Source: a virus
DNA length: 64,000 bases
Strand: one strand, 5' to 3'
IMG/VR virus record: IMGVR_UViG_3300045988_039227
Coordinates: 41,364-105,363 of that record
Shown here piece by piece: positions 14,366 through 27,490 of the stretch. How positions within the stretch are numbered: the stretch's first letter is position 1; the number at the start of each line of letters is the position of its first letter. A model generated the notes under the pieces. That model worked only from the letters and a program-made list of their open reading frames with translations. It was not told where the DNA came from and did no database searches. The position numbers and the translations under genes were made by a program.

Positions 14366-17300
14366 TTAGCTCCATGACTATCTATATTTTGTTATTATAT
14401 ATTGTATTGCCATAGCTGGATTTGGTTTTATATCTTCTATACTGCAAATCATAACCTTGCCTCTAGCTCTATTGCCAAATAATCCATCAGCCCTAGGTAT
14501 GGCAAATCTATGATTATTTTCTCTAAGTGTTATCTGCGCTTCTAGGTTGGATTCTATCTTCTAAGATTCTGTCTACCATACGTATTTATGATTCTTTGAA
14601 AAATAATCATCCTAATCAGATATCATTGCCTATAACTATAGGTTTTCATATGTAACAATTTCTTGATTATCAAACACCTTTGTAACAAGCGGCTATTGAG
14701 CAACAACGTATTTAACGTAGCTTGAAAGCAGCTGCTGAGTTGTTGATTTAGGTGATCCATCAAGGTAGTCATACTAATATATGCATACGGTATCGTTTTT
14801 CTTTACAAGATATTCTCCGTTAAAGAACTGTATAGCTCCATCAAATGGTATTGTTAATGTTGATGTAAACTTGCCAAGCATTTCGTTGTACACAATCTAC
14901 ATATCATTACTTAAGACATTAAATACAACTTCATTATATCTATTATTGTAGAACACCTTAAAGTTGTAGTCCTTTTTATACTTGTTCAGTATATTCTATA
15001 CTTTACCTTGCTTTGAAAGCTATGTTACACTCTATCCATCAAACAAACAAATTACATTATTATGACTATCAAACCAATACAAACCACCGGTAGTGCATGC
15101 TGCACAGAATTGCTGTTTATGCATTCCATAGGTATTGCTGTAGTAGTCGTATCTATCAAGTACTCCTCCTGTTCCGAGCACTATGTTTTGCCCAGAGTTG
15201 TCTGTAGCAACACTACGGTCATTAACACTTAATATGCCAAACGATTGTTCTTGACAAAATGTAAGAACATTCTTAAATGTGCATATATCAGTTATAGGAC
15301 CATACTCCTGATCAACATCTATAAAGTTAGAGCTTCTAAATTTACACCAACTATCTATGATTTCATCATTTTGTTTCAAATCAGAATAATATACTCTTGT
15401 ATCTATAGTTTTATTATAATCTTGTGGATTAAGATCATCGTATACAGCAAGTGGAATACTTGTATTCTATACACTATAGACAGAATTATAAACATACTCT
15501 GGCTCCTTTTGTACGTAAGCCTCGGTTATCTCGCATGGTTCAGCCTATATAAAAGATGCATAGTTATCTCTTGCATTAGAACTGAATGTCCATCCATATT
15601 GGAACTTGCACCATATATTTGATTCTGTTGGTATAGAGTATGTTATCATATGTGTGTTAGGGAACTATAACTCATCTTTTCCGCCCTTTGTATAAGCTCC
15701 GTACACTTTGTGCATGGATGTATATTCGAATGTCTCTACATGACAATCTCCGTCGAATACGGTATTCCAATCGTTTTTAGACTCGAAGTAGTTACCGTCT
15801 CCGTAATATATATTTGTAAGTCTATTTGTAAACGAATACCCGCCATAAGGAGTTATTTGCTATCTAAGATTAGTTAAATAAGTTCCAAGTAGAGTCGGCC
15901 TAATTATCTTGAGTATTTCACCAATTTCACCAGGTTCTGTCTAATATGCTTCCTGTTTAAAACTATCGTAATAATTGCCATTCTCTGGATAATAATAAGA
16001 AGTTGCACCAGCTGTACCATTTTCTTTGTACTAGCAGCTCAACAGTAAACATTTTCCGCCAGTTCCAAAACATGCGTTTTTATTACCATGCTTACCAGTT
16101 CCATCGCCTTTAAATCCACCATTATAATTACCAAATGATTCAAATATATTGCCATTAGTGTCATTACAAATGCCACCGGTAACCATATTTGCAAACAGCG
16201 CTCCTCCAGCAGAAACTGCATAGTTAGGATAAGATTTTGATGATGCCTATTCGTCATTATCTTTATTAAAGTTTCTTTTGAATGCCTAATCCCATTTTAT
16301 CTGGTCAACTAACTAAAAGTCTTGTATATACTATGTTCTCTAAAACGCATTATTCCACCAATCACCTGGATCAAAAACACCAGTACTAAATTCGTATGGC
16401 TAAGTGCTCTATTCATACAATTTTATATACGCAAAAGCTTTCTGTATTATAAATTTACCAGCTTTTTCCTACCTTTTGTCTGCCGACTCATTATCCTTAT
16501 TGTATAGTCTATCAAAATTTAAAATACAATCTTTAACCAAAGAGTATGAATAAGGTCTCACATTTCCCAATCCGCCAATTGTTCCGGAATCTAAAATATT
16601 ATCTATAATTTCGTTGCCAGTATTACCACCTCGTGCTTTATGTGATTGTGGATTCACTTTATAGAAGTAGCTAGGATTATATGGTGTATCTAAATAGCAT
16701 ATTGTACTGTCTTTGCTAAAATGGCTATCTACAGTTAAATCATTAACATAAAATATTCCTCTTGAATCATCACTATCTTTTGGACCAGGAAATAGCTCTA
16801 CGGCACAGTTTGATATACATGGTATTATAAATTTGAAGCTTGTCCTACCATTAAAGCCTCTTAAGCTTCCATAATCTGTATTTGTTTCACCATCCCTATG
16901 TGAATCATATTGGTTGTCTTTAAACTTATAATCTCCTCTAGCTCCAAACAAAAAAGACTGTTTTTGCAAATAATATTTTTTGTCTTTTGTAAATTGTTTA
17001 AATGATTCTGGCTGATAACAAATTTCTTTTGAGACAAATTGCAATAATTTATCATTATCTATATTTGTCATACACTGTGATGAAAGATCGTCTCCGTCTC
17101 CAATAAGCTATTTGAGTGAATTATATCCTTCTATAAACTTGTTGGTTGTTAAAAATCCGGTTGGGCAAAACATATGATATTTCGTTACCTGATACTCGCC
17201 ATTTGCTTCATATTGCTTACTATACGTGTTAGACACAGGAGAGCTAAGTACACCTTGTGATATTGTAGCAATATCAGATTCGTGTCTAGCGCATCTAACT

Positions 17301-19078
17301 ATCTGATAGCCAGTACATCCTTCTGGCAAACTTTTTATCATGAACTATATTCCTAGATTTCTGATAACTAGTTCATAACGTTTACCATTAACAATAGTAT
17401 TTGATGACATCAACTAAAAGCCTTCTTCTGTAACATTTGGAGTTCTTATATCAGCGATCCATTTAACTGGGGATGCTTGGCAATATTTATCATACAAAAC
17501 AATTCCATAACGATAAATCTCGTTTCGTCTAAGTGACTTTATTAACCATGTGTTGTTATTTATTCCTGGATCAAATTCTGCTTTCTCTATTTCAGATGGT
17601 TTAAAATCTTTATCTATGTAAAAGACGTTGTTCTACTTTACGTTTTCTTTTTGAGAATAATTGTACAATGTTCCTATTTTTCTTGTATTATTCTCTTTTA
17701 CGCAGGAGTCTTCAACCTAAGGGCTTATAACAAATCTCCATTCTATGTTTTTACCAGATCCACCTACCCATCTATATTTTGAATCGAATACAAAATTAGC
17801 AGAATATAATGAAGCTTCTTTATTTATGTTATTATAAGTATCATCATAACAATCGTGATCAAATGGAGGAACGGCAACGGAGTCACTTTCTATGTCGTAT
17901 TTGTGCGCATCTATTGTAAATGTGTCATTACCATTAACATCTGTTACGATACTTTTGTTTTCGTAATTGAACCTAAATGCTCTCGCGTCCCATTTATCGA
18001 AATCCTTAATAGTAGTCTGTATTGTCTTTGTGTTTGCAGCAAACAGGAAACCATCTTTAGACGCTAATGAGTTAGGTATTATTCTAACACCTTGTAATGA
18101 ATTTAACTCTTCGACACTGATCTATTCTATTGGATCATTGCCAACGTCGTTTATTATTAATTCCGAAGAATTATATTCATCAAAATTTATTTTAGCATCG
18201 TATATCACAGATACTATTGGCATCTATCCGTTTTGTGTATACTGTACCCTAAATACTTTGATGTAATCAAGGTGCCAATAATCGCTAGGAATTTGTATAG
18301 ATATCTTTACTCCACAATTTGATTGCGCGCCCTATTTGCCACCGCACTTTACATATTTGCTATCGAAGTCATAATTACCAATTGGTATTTGCTGACATTG
18401 TATAGATGCTCCCGTATGTATTCCGTACCTATTGTATAACTGGTAACAATAGCTTACAACACCAAACTCTATCTTTCCTGGCACATACTCTTCAAATACT
18501 GGCGGTTTACAAACCGCTTCTGGATAAGATAAACATTTGTTAAGATCACTGTATATTAAAGGATCATCTCTATTTATATTAAAAACCATTATCGGATGCT
18601 TAGAGTCAGCCAAGTATAGCTTGATATTATTTTCGCTCTCATAATTAAGCTAAATATCAAACACATCTGGATACTTCTCTCCTTTATCTAAAGGTAATAA
18701 TTCTGCATCTACAACAAGTTTACTCTTCTATATATCGTTGAAGTCCTGGTCGTGCACTGTTCCACCTATCGCATTTTTAAAACTATAGACCTTAAGTCTG
18801 TTTTCATTTTCATCAACGCAAACAACTACTCCATAATCTCTTATTGAACCAGTAGCAACAACTTTGTTACCCTCACCAGCAAGTAATCCAGCTAGCTTTA
18901 CACCCTAGACTGGCATTAATGATCCATGTCTATTATCTCTACCTTCTCCACCTCTGTATGATGATATTTTTATATTTCTAGCATCAATATACTAGTTTGT
19001 AGCAACAACAGAGAGATCATCATCACTATTTAATCCTCCTGCGAAACTATTAATTTGTGGTTCAGTATTAGTATCCAT
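14366..19078 (-). CDS. large tail structural protein (1570 aa), possible tail hub/muzzle-type protein
   Basis: Frame 2 was checked codon by codon. ATG at 19078 (preceded by in-frame TAA at 19097), about 37 in-frame TAG, first TAA at 14366..14368. It joins track ORFs 15032..15379, 16469..17071, 17108..17341 and 18332..18613. The functional label comes only from size and position. Confidence 0.75.
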
Positions 19079-19931
19079 AGCAATAATCGTTAAAGTTTAA
19101 CTATTTCTTTCCGGTGTTATTGAAGAAGTTCTCATCATCATCCCATTCTGGTATAAGCTTAGTCCACTCATTCTTAATAGTGAGCATCTCACTTTCGTTT
19201 GGCATCATTGCCTCAGCGTAAGCCTGGTTTCTATAGAAATTCCACTGCTGCTATATATAGAAGTATGTGTTCTAATTGTATCTAGCTTTTCCTCCAAGTG
19301 ATCCTCTAAGGAATTTTGGGAAGCTTAACTTCATCATTACGTACCAGTATATAGCTTCCTAATATGAAGCTAAGTCTGGAATAAGTGGGTAACCCCTTTC
19401 ATCTGTAGCTATTGCCTTGTATGACAATTTAACAAAGCCTTTGTCTTTATTAAAGACTATCCAACCTGGTTTAATCCAGTATGTAGGAACATCTATTTTC
19501 TTGTCTCTAATAGCATCCATCAGCGCAGTGCTACCATTGATGCCAAGAAGCTATGATCTATGCGTAATCAACGGTACGCCAGCAGGCTACTCTGGATGAT
19601 GGTGATGCATAGGTTTTGTATCAGCCTTAGACTTAAATGAGCTCTCATCTTTTAGTGCCTATACCCAATTTGTTCCATTGTTTGAATAGGCTACAGTTGT
19701 CAATGATTCTAAGTCTTCTGGTATTGGAACTTGATGTTCGTGTATTTCAAATATTGGAACGCAATCTTCACCAGACTCCTTCTATACATACTATACAGGG
19801 GCACCAATTTTTTCAACAGCTTCAAAGATCCATTCTCGTATATCTGTAATACGCATGTTCTTTTCTTGCATGTTTGAGTCAGCCATAATTTTAGCTATAA
19901 CTGACTCACATTTTGTATACTTGTATATCAT
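19068..19931 (-). CDS. hypothetical structural protein (287 aa; 276 aa if the TAG at 19101 terminates)
   Basis: Frame 0 was checked. ATG at 19931 (others at 19886, 19871 and 19856), upstream TAA at 19938. A TAG at 19101..19103 is followed 10 codons later by TAA at 19068..19070, overlapping the start of the 1570-aa gene. Confidence 0.65.
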
Positions 19932-20376
19932 CTATATTTATATAATCTTGTTTATTAAATATAAGTTGAGCAAGGTGCCTTTTGTTTTCCCTAACCATAC
20001 ATAGCTAGTATTTATATCTATCAGAAAACATCCTGGGTATTTTTGACCAATATAATCTATATTTATATCCATTAGAGTGCTCGTTTAAATGATAAACCCT
20101 TTTGCCTACTTCTTTAGTTGATTTGTAATCTGTAGACAATGACTAACTAGAGTAGCTCTTTGGTTTATATTTTACTATGCATACAGTGCCTAGCCCATAA
20201 GGCATTTTAAAGGGCTGTGAGCGCTCTAAAATTTCTTCCTTGACAACTTTATTAAATTCGTCTATAATGCGCTTATATCGCGCGTAATTAAGCTCTACAT
20301 CGTTCTTTTTAATGTAGTCTCTATATATATCAGCTATTGTGTAGCTTTTCTTATTCTTCCTTATCTTGAGGACCAT
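19906..20376 (-). CDS. hypothetical basic protein (156 aa)
   Basis: Track ORF 20143..20376 ends at TAG. The same frame (1 mod 3) stays open to TGA at 19906..19908 with one further TAG. Confidence 0.55.
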
Positions 20377-21043
20377 TTGGTTTAACGCTTGCTAATGTTG
20401 AATTATTGCTATCGTCACTAGGTCTTTTTAACATAAATGCCAATTCGTTGGTCATGATAGCTCTTTTTATGTCAGGTATCATCCACCCAGGTATTATTAC
20501 ATCATCTTCACTATCAGCCGTTTGCGTTGGATCAAATATTCCTGTAACGTATATATATTTAAAATTTTCCACACCATCACCATCAACATATATATACTAG
20601 TCGTCAAACCAACATATTGGCTCGTTGTATGTATATCTCCTAAAGTTATGATAATGTTTTCTAGACTTATTCATGATCTAGATAACACAACCGCTAATAT
20701 CTGCAACATTAACTATGTCGTCGCTACTATCTTCCATTGTGTACAATTTCTTTTTTGTTCTCTTCCTTGTACTACAATGACAGCAACAAGAGTCCTCTGA
20801 TCCAGGAGTTGGATCGTCTATAAGCTCAAGTGGTCCAATGGTTGATAGCTAACTATCATCTGGATCTTCATCATCTCCAGTTTCAGAATCTTTATCATTC
20901 TACTTCTTGGACAAATAGGCCTTATACTACATTATCCAAGATAAGATCTAATCCCTAGACATATCCTCGCTCTCGCTTATGTTATTATTTCGTACAATAA
21001 GAAGTATGTCATCTATCAATGTACGAGCTGAGAATGTTTTCAT
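20351..21043 (-). CDS. hypothetical acidic protein (230 aa)
   Basis: Frame 2 was checked. ATG at 21043 (upstream TAA at 21074), several TAG, genuine TAA at 20351..20353. It includes track ORF 20351..20572. There is a CCCHC cluster (..DSCCCHCSTRKR..). Confidence 0.65.
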
Positions 21044-21705
21044 ATTGCTTCTATTATTCTTATACTATCTTCTTTAAGTATATCATTTGTATTATGTATC
21101 TTATATTTATACACATCTTTCTTTTTCCAGTCAAATGTTATTAATCTCTTAAAGAAGTTCTTTTTGTTCTTATATTCTCTATGCTTATAAATGTAGAGGT
21201 ACTAAGTATTCTATACATCTAGCTTAATATTAACACTATCTTTACCGATTGTATAGTATACTTTAGTTAGGTTGTTATACTGTAAACTATCTCTGTAAAC
21301 AGAGTCTTTAAGTATAGTTATAATATTACCCCCTACCCCCTTACTTTTATTAACGTTTATAATCTACTTCTAAGTTGCTGCTACCTAAATTTCTTTACTC
21401 TTTAGCTTCTCTACTTTGCGTACAGAGTCCAACTACTATACAAGCTTATCATTATAATCTTTAAGCTTTTTCATGTCTAGCCTTAAAACACCAGAAGCCT
21501 ACTAGGCACCATTTAAGGCATCCTAATAGGCTTCGATGTTATTATTAGCCATTTTAAGCTCCTCTGAGAGCCTATTAGCTTTGTTGTGGTAGAATATACC
21601 AGACGCTAAACAAAAGGCTATTAGAAGCCCAGCAATGGCGTTAAGCAGCGTTTTGTAGTTGTTCTTTATCTTGTTTAATATCTACTACATCAGCATTGCT
21701 TTCAT
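21040..21705 (-). CDS. membrane-anchored coiled-coil protein (221 aa), possible spanin/lysis accessory
   Basis: Frame 1 was checked. ATGs at 21705, 21696 and 21690; about 10 TAG; TGA at 21040..21042 forming an ATGA overlap with the next gene. There is an N-terminal hydrophobic helix (IAGLLIAFCLASGIFY) followed by heptad-like charged sequence. Its start lies inside the 3' end of the holin-like gene. Confidence 0.5.
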
Positions 21706-21946
21706 TATTGTTCAAATATTCTTTTAAATATGTTTTTATCTCACCAAACTTACCTTGTATATAAATAGATACTCCATAGATACTAGCTGAATAAACTAAT
21801 GTTTGGGCTACAAACCCTAGTACACCTGTGGAGATTTCACCCTACTATAAATACTGTACCCAGGTGAGAACCTAACCGCTCAAGAACGCGAGACATGCGG
21901 TTGAATACTAAATTTTCTCGCGCCATGTTCCTGTTACTTTGCTCAT
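21641..21946 (-). CDS. holin-like small membrane protein (101 aa)
   Basis: Frame 2 was checked. The ATG at 21946 overlaps the upstream TGA (ATGA), there are 4 TAG, and TAA is at 21641..21643. Two hydrophobic segments (ACLAFLSG-Q-VLTWV and VLGFVAQTLVYSASIYGVSIYI). It sits directly after the putative cell-wall enzyme gene. Confidence 0.5.
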
Positions 21947-22368
21947 TTTATCTCAATAGTTACCTTTCCTTTAGCACAAGCATCCTTTATAATTGGATAG
22001 AACTTGTTTATGGTAGCTCTTGAGTTAAGGACCATTCCAACTTTCTTATTTTCCCCAAGCAGCAAACAACCGGCCGTATCTTCATGTGTTGAGCCAGCGT
22101 GTATACGAATACCTTCAAATGATGGTACATTCATCAGTTGAGGAGTATACTTCTTAAATCTAGGCGAATAGGTCCACTTAATCTCATAAGTTCCGTAAGG
22201 TATTGCTGTTTTGGCATATACCTTTTTCTCTCCGTTATCAAATTTACCGTTCTTATTAAGATCTCTAACTGTATCTTCAAGTGTGTCGCAAAAATAATTA
22301 CCATCAATATATAATCGTCCGATGGTATACGTAGAGCGTAAGGCTATTCTTTTAAGTGTTAATTTCAT
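21943..22368 (-). CDS. DUF5675-like protein, possible cell-wall hydrolase (141 aa)
   Basis: Intact track ORF, TAG-free, ends at TGA. The sequence pattern (TIGRLYIDG..FCDTLED..IP.G.Y....YSPRF....P.L..VP.F.GIRIH.G....DT.GC.L.G) matches my memory of the DUF5675 family common in Bacteroides phages. The lysis role is an inference from the neighbouring holin-like gene. Confidence 0.55.
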   Translation of the reverse strand: MKLTLKRIALRSTYTIGRLYIDGNYFCDTLEDTVRDLNKNGKFDNGEKKVYAKTAIPYGTYEIKWTYSPRFKKYTPQLMNVPSFEGIRIHAGSTHEDTAGCLLLGENKKVGMVLNSRATINKFYPIIKDACAKGKVTIEIK

Positions 22369-24356
22369 TAATAATTAAGCGTATAGGGGCATACGAGTAC
22401 ACCGTTGTCAATATGTATTAAACGCACATGTATATTATATTGCAGGTTAAAGCTATCTATAGACGTAAGCTTAGGGCCACCCTAAGTTGTTTTCATCACT
22501 TTAAATAAATTTTTGTAGTCTCCTGAAGATAATTTTCCTCCCATCAAACCACATGGATACATGTCTAAGACATTTCCTATAGAACTATAATCGTACCAAT
22601 CGGAAATACTATAATTACCTGATGTATCTAATAAAACAATCTACTGAGCACTTGTAAAGTTAATACTAAACCCATTAGCGCTACCTGGATATACAGAGCC
22701 CTTTTTAGACGAAAGACAGTCGGATGTAAGGGCAAATGTACCAGATTTAGAAGGAAAATCAATATGATGACTAGCACTATCAGGCATACCAATATCTATT
22801 CCGTTATATCCGTATTTAGCACTGTGGTCGTCATTATCTACCACAAGAAGGCTATCTATAGAATTATCATAACTCTAAGATAATCCATTTATATGTGCAT
22901 AAGCAATACCGTTGTTATCAACACAAATTGGCCACTAAGTTCCAGTTGCCTTAGTAGTAACCTTAATGCCTCCTAAAGTAGTAGTTGAAGCTACAGGTAA
23001 AGTATATTTGTTAGCACCTTCTTCTATTCCATCAAGTTTACCCTTGTCCTTTTTGCTCATAAAGCCATCTGTACCGTTAGAGACATTCTCTATTGTTATC
23101 CATTCATCTTCACCGTTAGCCTTAATTACCCTTAGTGCCTGTGTAACTTTCGCTGAAGTTTGTGTCTAACCTACCTTCTGAATATAAATATTACTTACCG
23201 TCTCATCTTTCTATGAATAAGAAGATAAATCGCTAGAATTAGCTTTGCTATCAATTAGTCCTTTTAATACTTTTCCTTGAGCTGCGCTTAAACTATCAGA
23301 TGTAGAGTTACTTGTTAGATTATTCTGAATACCACGCCAGGTATTTGTATCCGTGTATTTATCTTGTGTCCATGCGCTCCAAGTTCCATTTAAACAAGTG
23401 CGTCTGTATGTATCTTTTGAATCAGTAGTTAAAATCTAGGTATAATAACTTCCTGATGCATTGTGCGTTACAATAAGTCCGATAGCATTTACTCCACTTG
23501 GTTTATTTAAAACATTATTAGAACCTCCGCAGTTATAAAATCCGGGAGCAATAATCTTATTTAAATCCGCATTTGCATCTAAGGTGATATTCACTGCTTT
23601 TGCTGCTAATTTAGAATTAATCTCAGACTCTGTATAATACCGATCATCGTGTGTATGTGAAGATGGTGTAAACGAACTAGGCTTTCCAGTAACTTCTCCC
23701 CATGAAGGCCATCTCGTAGCTGTAGATGGCGCACCTGTAACCTAAGACCAAGTATGAGTATGACTAGAGTTAGCCTTACCATCAACTAATCCTTTCAGTA
23801 CCTTGCCCTAGTTTGCGCTAAGTGAATCTGATGTACTAGTTGATGTTAAGTTATCTTGTATACCTCTCCATGTATTGGTGTCTGTAAATTTAGCTCCTGA
23901 TGGTACATCAGTATTAACTGTGTGCCCATTAACTTTGGATGCATTAGATGCTGTAGAAGCGTTGCCCTCAAGTGCTCCTTTAAACTTAGCAGCTGCAACA
24001 ATTCCAGGAAAAGATGTATTTCCATTAGCGTCTAGCAAAGTAGCAGTACGCTTAATAGTTGCGAACACGCCTATATACTATCTTACATATATTGGTTCGG
24101 TTGCATTTTCAGCAGTAGCTATCTCCATAAAGCCAGCGCTTTCCGCAGTCGCTCCTCCTCCTATTCTCCAAAAATCGTTCCCGCCACAAGTGCCCTTTAT
24201 CTGTCGAAATGTTGTTCCGCTATCGCTGAACAACAAATCGCCTGTTAAGGTTCCACCAGATAAAGGTAGGTAATTATGTGAATGATTTTTTAATGCAAAT
24301 TTAGTTTTGCATATGGACCATAATAAGCCTACGCCTGTTTTATCGAGAAAATTCAT
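22368..24356 (-). CDS. tail fibre protein (662 aa)
   Basis: Frame 0 was checked codon by codon. The ATG at 24356 overlaps the upstream TAA (TAATG), and TAA at 22368..22370 overlaps the next ATG. It joins track ORFs 24078..24356, 23808..24068 and 22641..22844 through TAG codons. There is an N-terminal MNFLDKTGVGLLW fibre motif and an internal duplicated TDTNTWRGIQ(D/N)NLTS.STSDSLSA segment. Confidence 0.75.
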
Positions 24357-25054
24357 TAAACTAGCAATGCTTTAAGGTCTGCATCAGATATAGCAGCAAT
24401 ACCATCAAGTTTAGCCTTGTCGCCAGCAGACATAAGACCATTAGATGATGATGTAGCTAAACCATATGTAGTGTTATGGTCGGTCCATGGAACATTAACA
24501 TACATCTGGTTATCGCTTAACTGTACAGCATAATTTCTATTAGCAGAGTTTGTTGCAAATCCAATCTTTACACCACCAAGTGCAGATGTAGTAGCTGCCG
24601 GAAGTGTATATTTGTTTGCTCCGGTCGCAATTCCTGCAAGTTTATTTTTCTCAGCTGTAGTATAATCATTAGTAGATAAACCCATTCCAGATACCTTATC
24701 TACTTTTGTGCCAAGCTTATTGTTTACATATTCTGTTTTTGCATAAGGCGCCAAGTCTACAGAACTTCTAAAGTCACCAAGTTTTTCCCATTTACCACCT
24801 ACATACATATACTCTGAATAAGAGTTGTTTTCTATCGCAGAGTCTTTAACTAAATAAATCTTAGTTGTATCAATATTTTCTGTAGGAAGTGTTGTAACTA
24901 CCTTGTAAAGAGACAGGTCAATCTAAATATTGCCTGCACCCTTTACACTTGTGCCGTTAATTGTTTTAAACTACTAAGCGTCTATAGAAGATTTTACATG
25001 TTTTTTAACGGAGCCCCAAAGGGTTGCGACTCCGGTAGTATCAAGAAATTCCAT
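24356..25054 (-). CDS. tail fibre protein (232 aa)
   Basis: Frame 2 was checked. ATG at 25054 (in-frame TAA at 25079 upstream), 3 TAG, TAA at 24356..24358. N-terminus is MEFLDTTGVATLW. It carries LSTNDYTTAEKNKL and ATTSALGGVKIG motifs typical of phage fibre repeats. Confidence 0.75.
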
Positions 25055-25056
25055 AA

Positions 25057-25305
25057 TTATTTCGATTTGTATAAAGCCTTAGCCGTAATAGTATATGGTG
25101 TTGTATCATCCATATCTTTTCTAATGTATTTAGAATCATTAATAGAGGCTGTAGGCAAACTGTTAATTGTTGTTTGTAATTGTGTTATAGTAGTCTAAAG
25201 ATTATTAACCAACTACTGTAATGTGTTTATTTCGCTCTATGTTGCGAATTTCCCTTTAATCTTAGACCACAATACCTCAACACCAGTTTTATCAAGTATT
25301 TCCAT
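25057..25305 (-). CDS. small fibre-associated protein (82 aa)
   Basis: Frame 1 was checked. ATG at 25305, 3 TAG, TAA at 25057..25059. Its N-terminus (MEILDKTGVEVLWSKIKGKF) is paralogous to the neighbouring fibre N-termini. Confidence 0.6.
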
Positions 25306-25306
25306 A

Positions 25307-27172
25307 TTAAGTTAAGATTAAATTAAGTGTGTCAGAACTGATAGGGGTAGCTACTGTGCCATCAGCTAGCAATATCTATTCACTAGTACCACCTGTCTTT
25401 ATATACTTAGGTGATGTTAAATCGCCCGTAAGTGTACCACCGGTCAAACGGAGATACTTATTAGCATCAGCTTTAAGATTAAGTGCATTCTGTGTGGCAG
25501 TAGAGATAGGTTTATTGATATCTGATGTATTATCAACATTATCAAGACCTACCTAAGCCTTAGTAACCTTATGAGGATTTTCGTAATTAGAAGTATGCTT
25601 GCTAAGGTTTGATGTAATTGTAGCTTCAGCCTACTTAGCACGCTGTATTTCGGCATTTAAAGCCGCTGTAGAGCCCTATTCAGACTGAGTTATACTATTC
25701 TTGATCTCTGTATCAGCAGCCTCTCTAGCAGCCTTCTCTGCGTTTACAGCTGTATTAATAGCATTCTATACACCTGTAATCTTTACGCCAGTAGAAGATA
25801 CTGATAAGAAGTTTTCTGACAGAGGATCTATTTTAACGTAAACCTTATGATTTTTTACTTCTAAACCATCAGAGAATTCAGTTTCCTCAAGGAATTTAGA
25901 ATAATCAAGTTTAGCCAATTTGTAAGTACCATCAGCAAGGATGTATGATATACATAAGGCTGTAGATCCTACAGGATTACCAGCTTGAATTGTTCCATCA
26001 TCTTTAAGCGTAGCATTCATATCAAGGACTTCAATATCCTTGATAGACTAGTCTTTGGCGATATCGATTGTAACGCCTTTAGCTTCTCCGTTAACCTACA
26101 GCTGATATGATACTGCTGTAGATGAATCATTAGGAGTTACTTTTACTATTGTAGCACTACCAACCTTAGCTTCGAGGGCCTATTCTGCAGCTTTAGCTCT
26201 ATCTGATTCAGCTTTAATAGCTTCTTTTCTATCTGATATTTCAGAATTTAAGTTATCTGTAAGAGTACCCTCTGCAGCTATGGCTCTATTCTATTCTGCT
26301 GTAATTCTATCTGAAAGACCATTCTCAGCAGTAGTAGCCCTACTTACTTCTGTAGCAATACTAGCTGAAAGCTTAGATTCTTCAGACTTAGCTCTACTAA
26401 CCTCTGTATTCAACAATGTCTTAATAGCATCGTCTGCATCTGATCTATTTTTAGCCTCCTACTATTCAGCTGCCTTTGCTCTGTCAATCTCGTTACTAAG
26501 GTTATTAGAAATAACCCTCTCAGCGCTTTCGGCTCTAGTCTATTCCTATTCAACCTTAGCTCTAATAAGATTATCTTCACTCTATCTTTCAGCTTTCTCA
26601 TTAGCGTCGGCAGACTCTCTAGCTAACTTCTCTTTGTTATCAGCATCTTGTCTAGCTACTGTTTCAGCATTAATACTAGCAGTAAGAGATTCATCACCAG
26701 CTACTCTATTGTTAATTTCGTTAACAATATCATTGGTATTCTTCTCTATCAGAATTCTGTTATCTTTTTCAGAGGCTTCTGCTCTATTCTTTTCTGCTGC
26801 TATAGTAGCTCTAATATCAGCCTCTTCAAACTTGGCCCTATCTATTTCAGCATAAAGACTATCAGCAAGCTATTTTCCCTTATCTCCAGGATAAGCTGTA
26901 TTTGGCGTTTCGCCCAAAGCGATAGACTAACCTATCTCTACATATGTAGAACCACTCCATCTATATGTCAGATTAGTGTCTGTCGCTACATATATTTTAC
27001 CTTCTTCGCCCTACTTAGGAAACGAAGATAAACTTCCGTATTCTTCAACATCATCAACATAAGAAGGTAACTATGAAGCAGGAACTTTACCATTATTGCT
27101 AAGATTAGCAAAGTTGCGTTTAATTCTACCCCAAAGGTATTCAACGCCATATTGATCTAAATATTGTTTCAT
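25307..27172 (-). CDS. tail fibre protein with long coiled coil (621 aa)
   Basis: Frame 2 was checked codon by codon. ATG at 27172 (TAA at 27182 upstream), about 20 TAG, TAA at 25307..25309. The N-terminal motif YVDDVEEY....FP..GEEGKIYVATDTN.TYRWSGSTYVEI is the widespread phage fibre N-terminal domain. It is followed by Ala/Glu/Arg-rich heptad repeats. Track ORF 25766..26020 lies inside. Confidence 0.8.
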
Positions 27173-27173
27173 A

Positions 27174-27443
27174 TTACTCTATTACTAAGATTTGTGAAAG
27201 AATACTCAAAGGAATGCCTTCGTTATCATTGATGTTATCAATTCTAGTATTTATATTGTATACGTTATCTGTAAGTACATCGACTTTATTCTTAAAATAC
27301 TAGTTAATATCATTCTGGCGACCAGTGTTTACATACTTAAGCATTCCATCATCGTATAACTAAAGGGCATCTGCTATGATGCCCTCAGTTGATACGCTTA
27401 CTATTTTACCATTAATCTATAAATCTTCGTTATTTGGTTCCAT
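27174..27443 (-). CDS. small fibre-module protein (89 aa)
   Basis: Frame 0 was checked. ATG at 27443, 3 TAG, TAA at 27174..27176. The N-terminus MEPNNEDLQINGKIVSVSTEGIIADALQ is paralogous to the N-terminus of the 31954..32757 gene. Confidence 0.6.
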
Positions 27444-27490
27444 GGTGTATTATTTTATAATCACGATAATACTTTCTCTTATGTTTAAAA

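Noticed and set aside
26280-26855. A 191-aa plus-strand ORF rich in Ser/Leu/Ala (also 26648..27031).
   Set aside because: It is a mirror image of the Ala/Glu/Arg coiled-coil coding repeats of the minus-strand fibre gene, i.e. a low-complexity antisense artefact.
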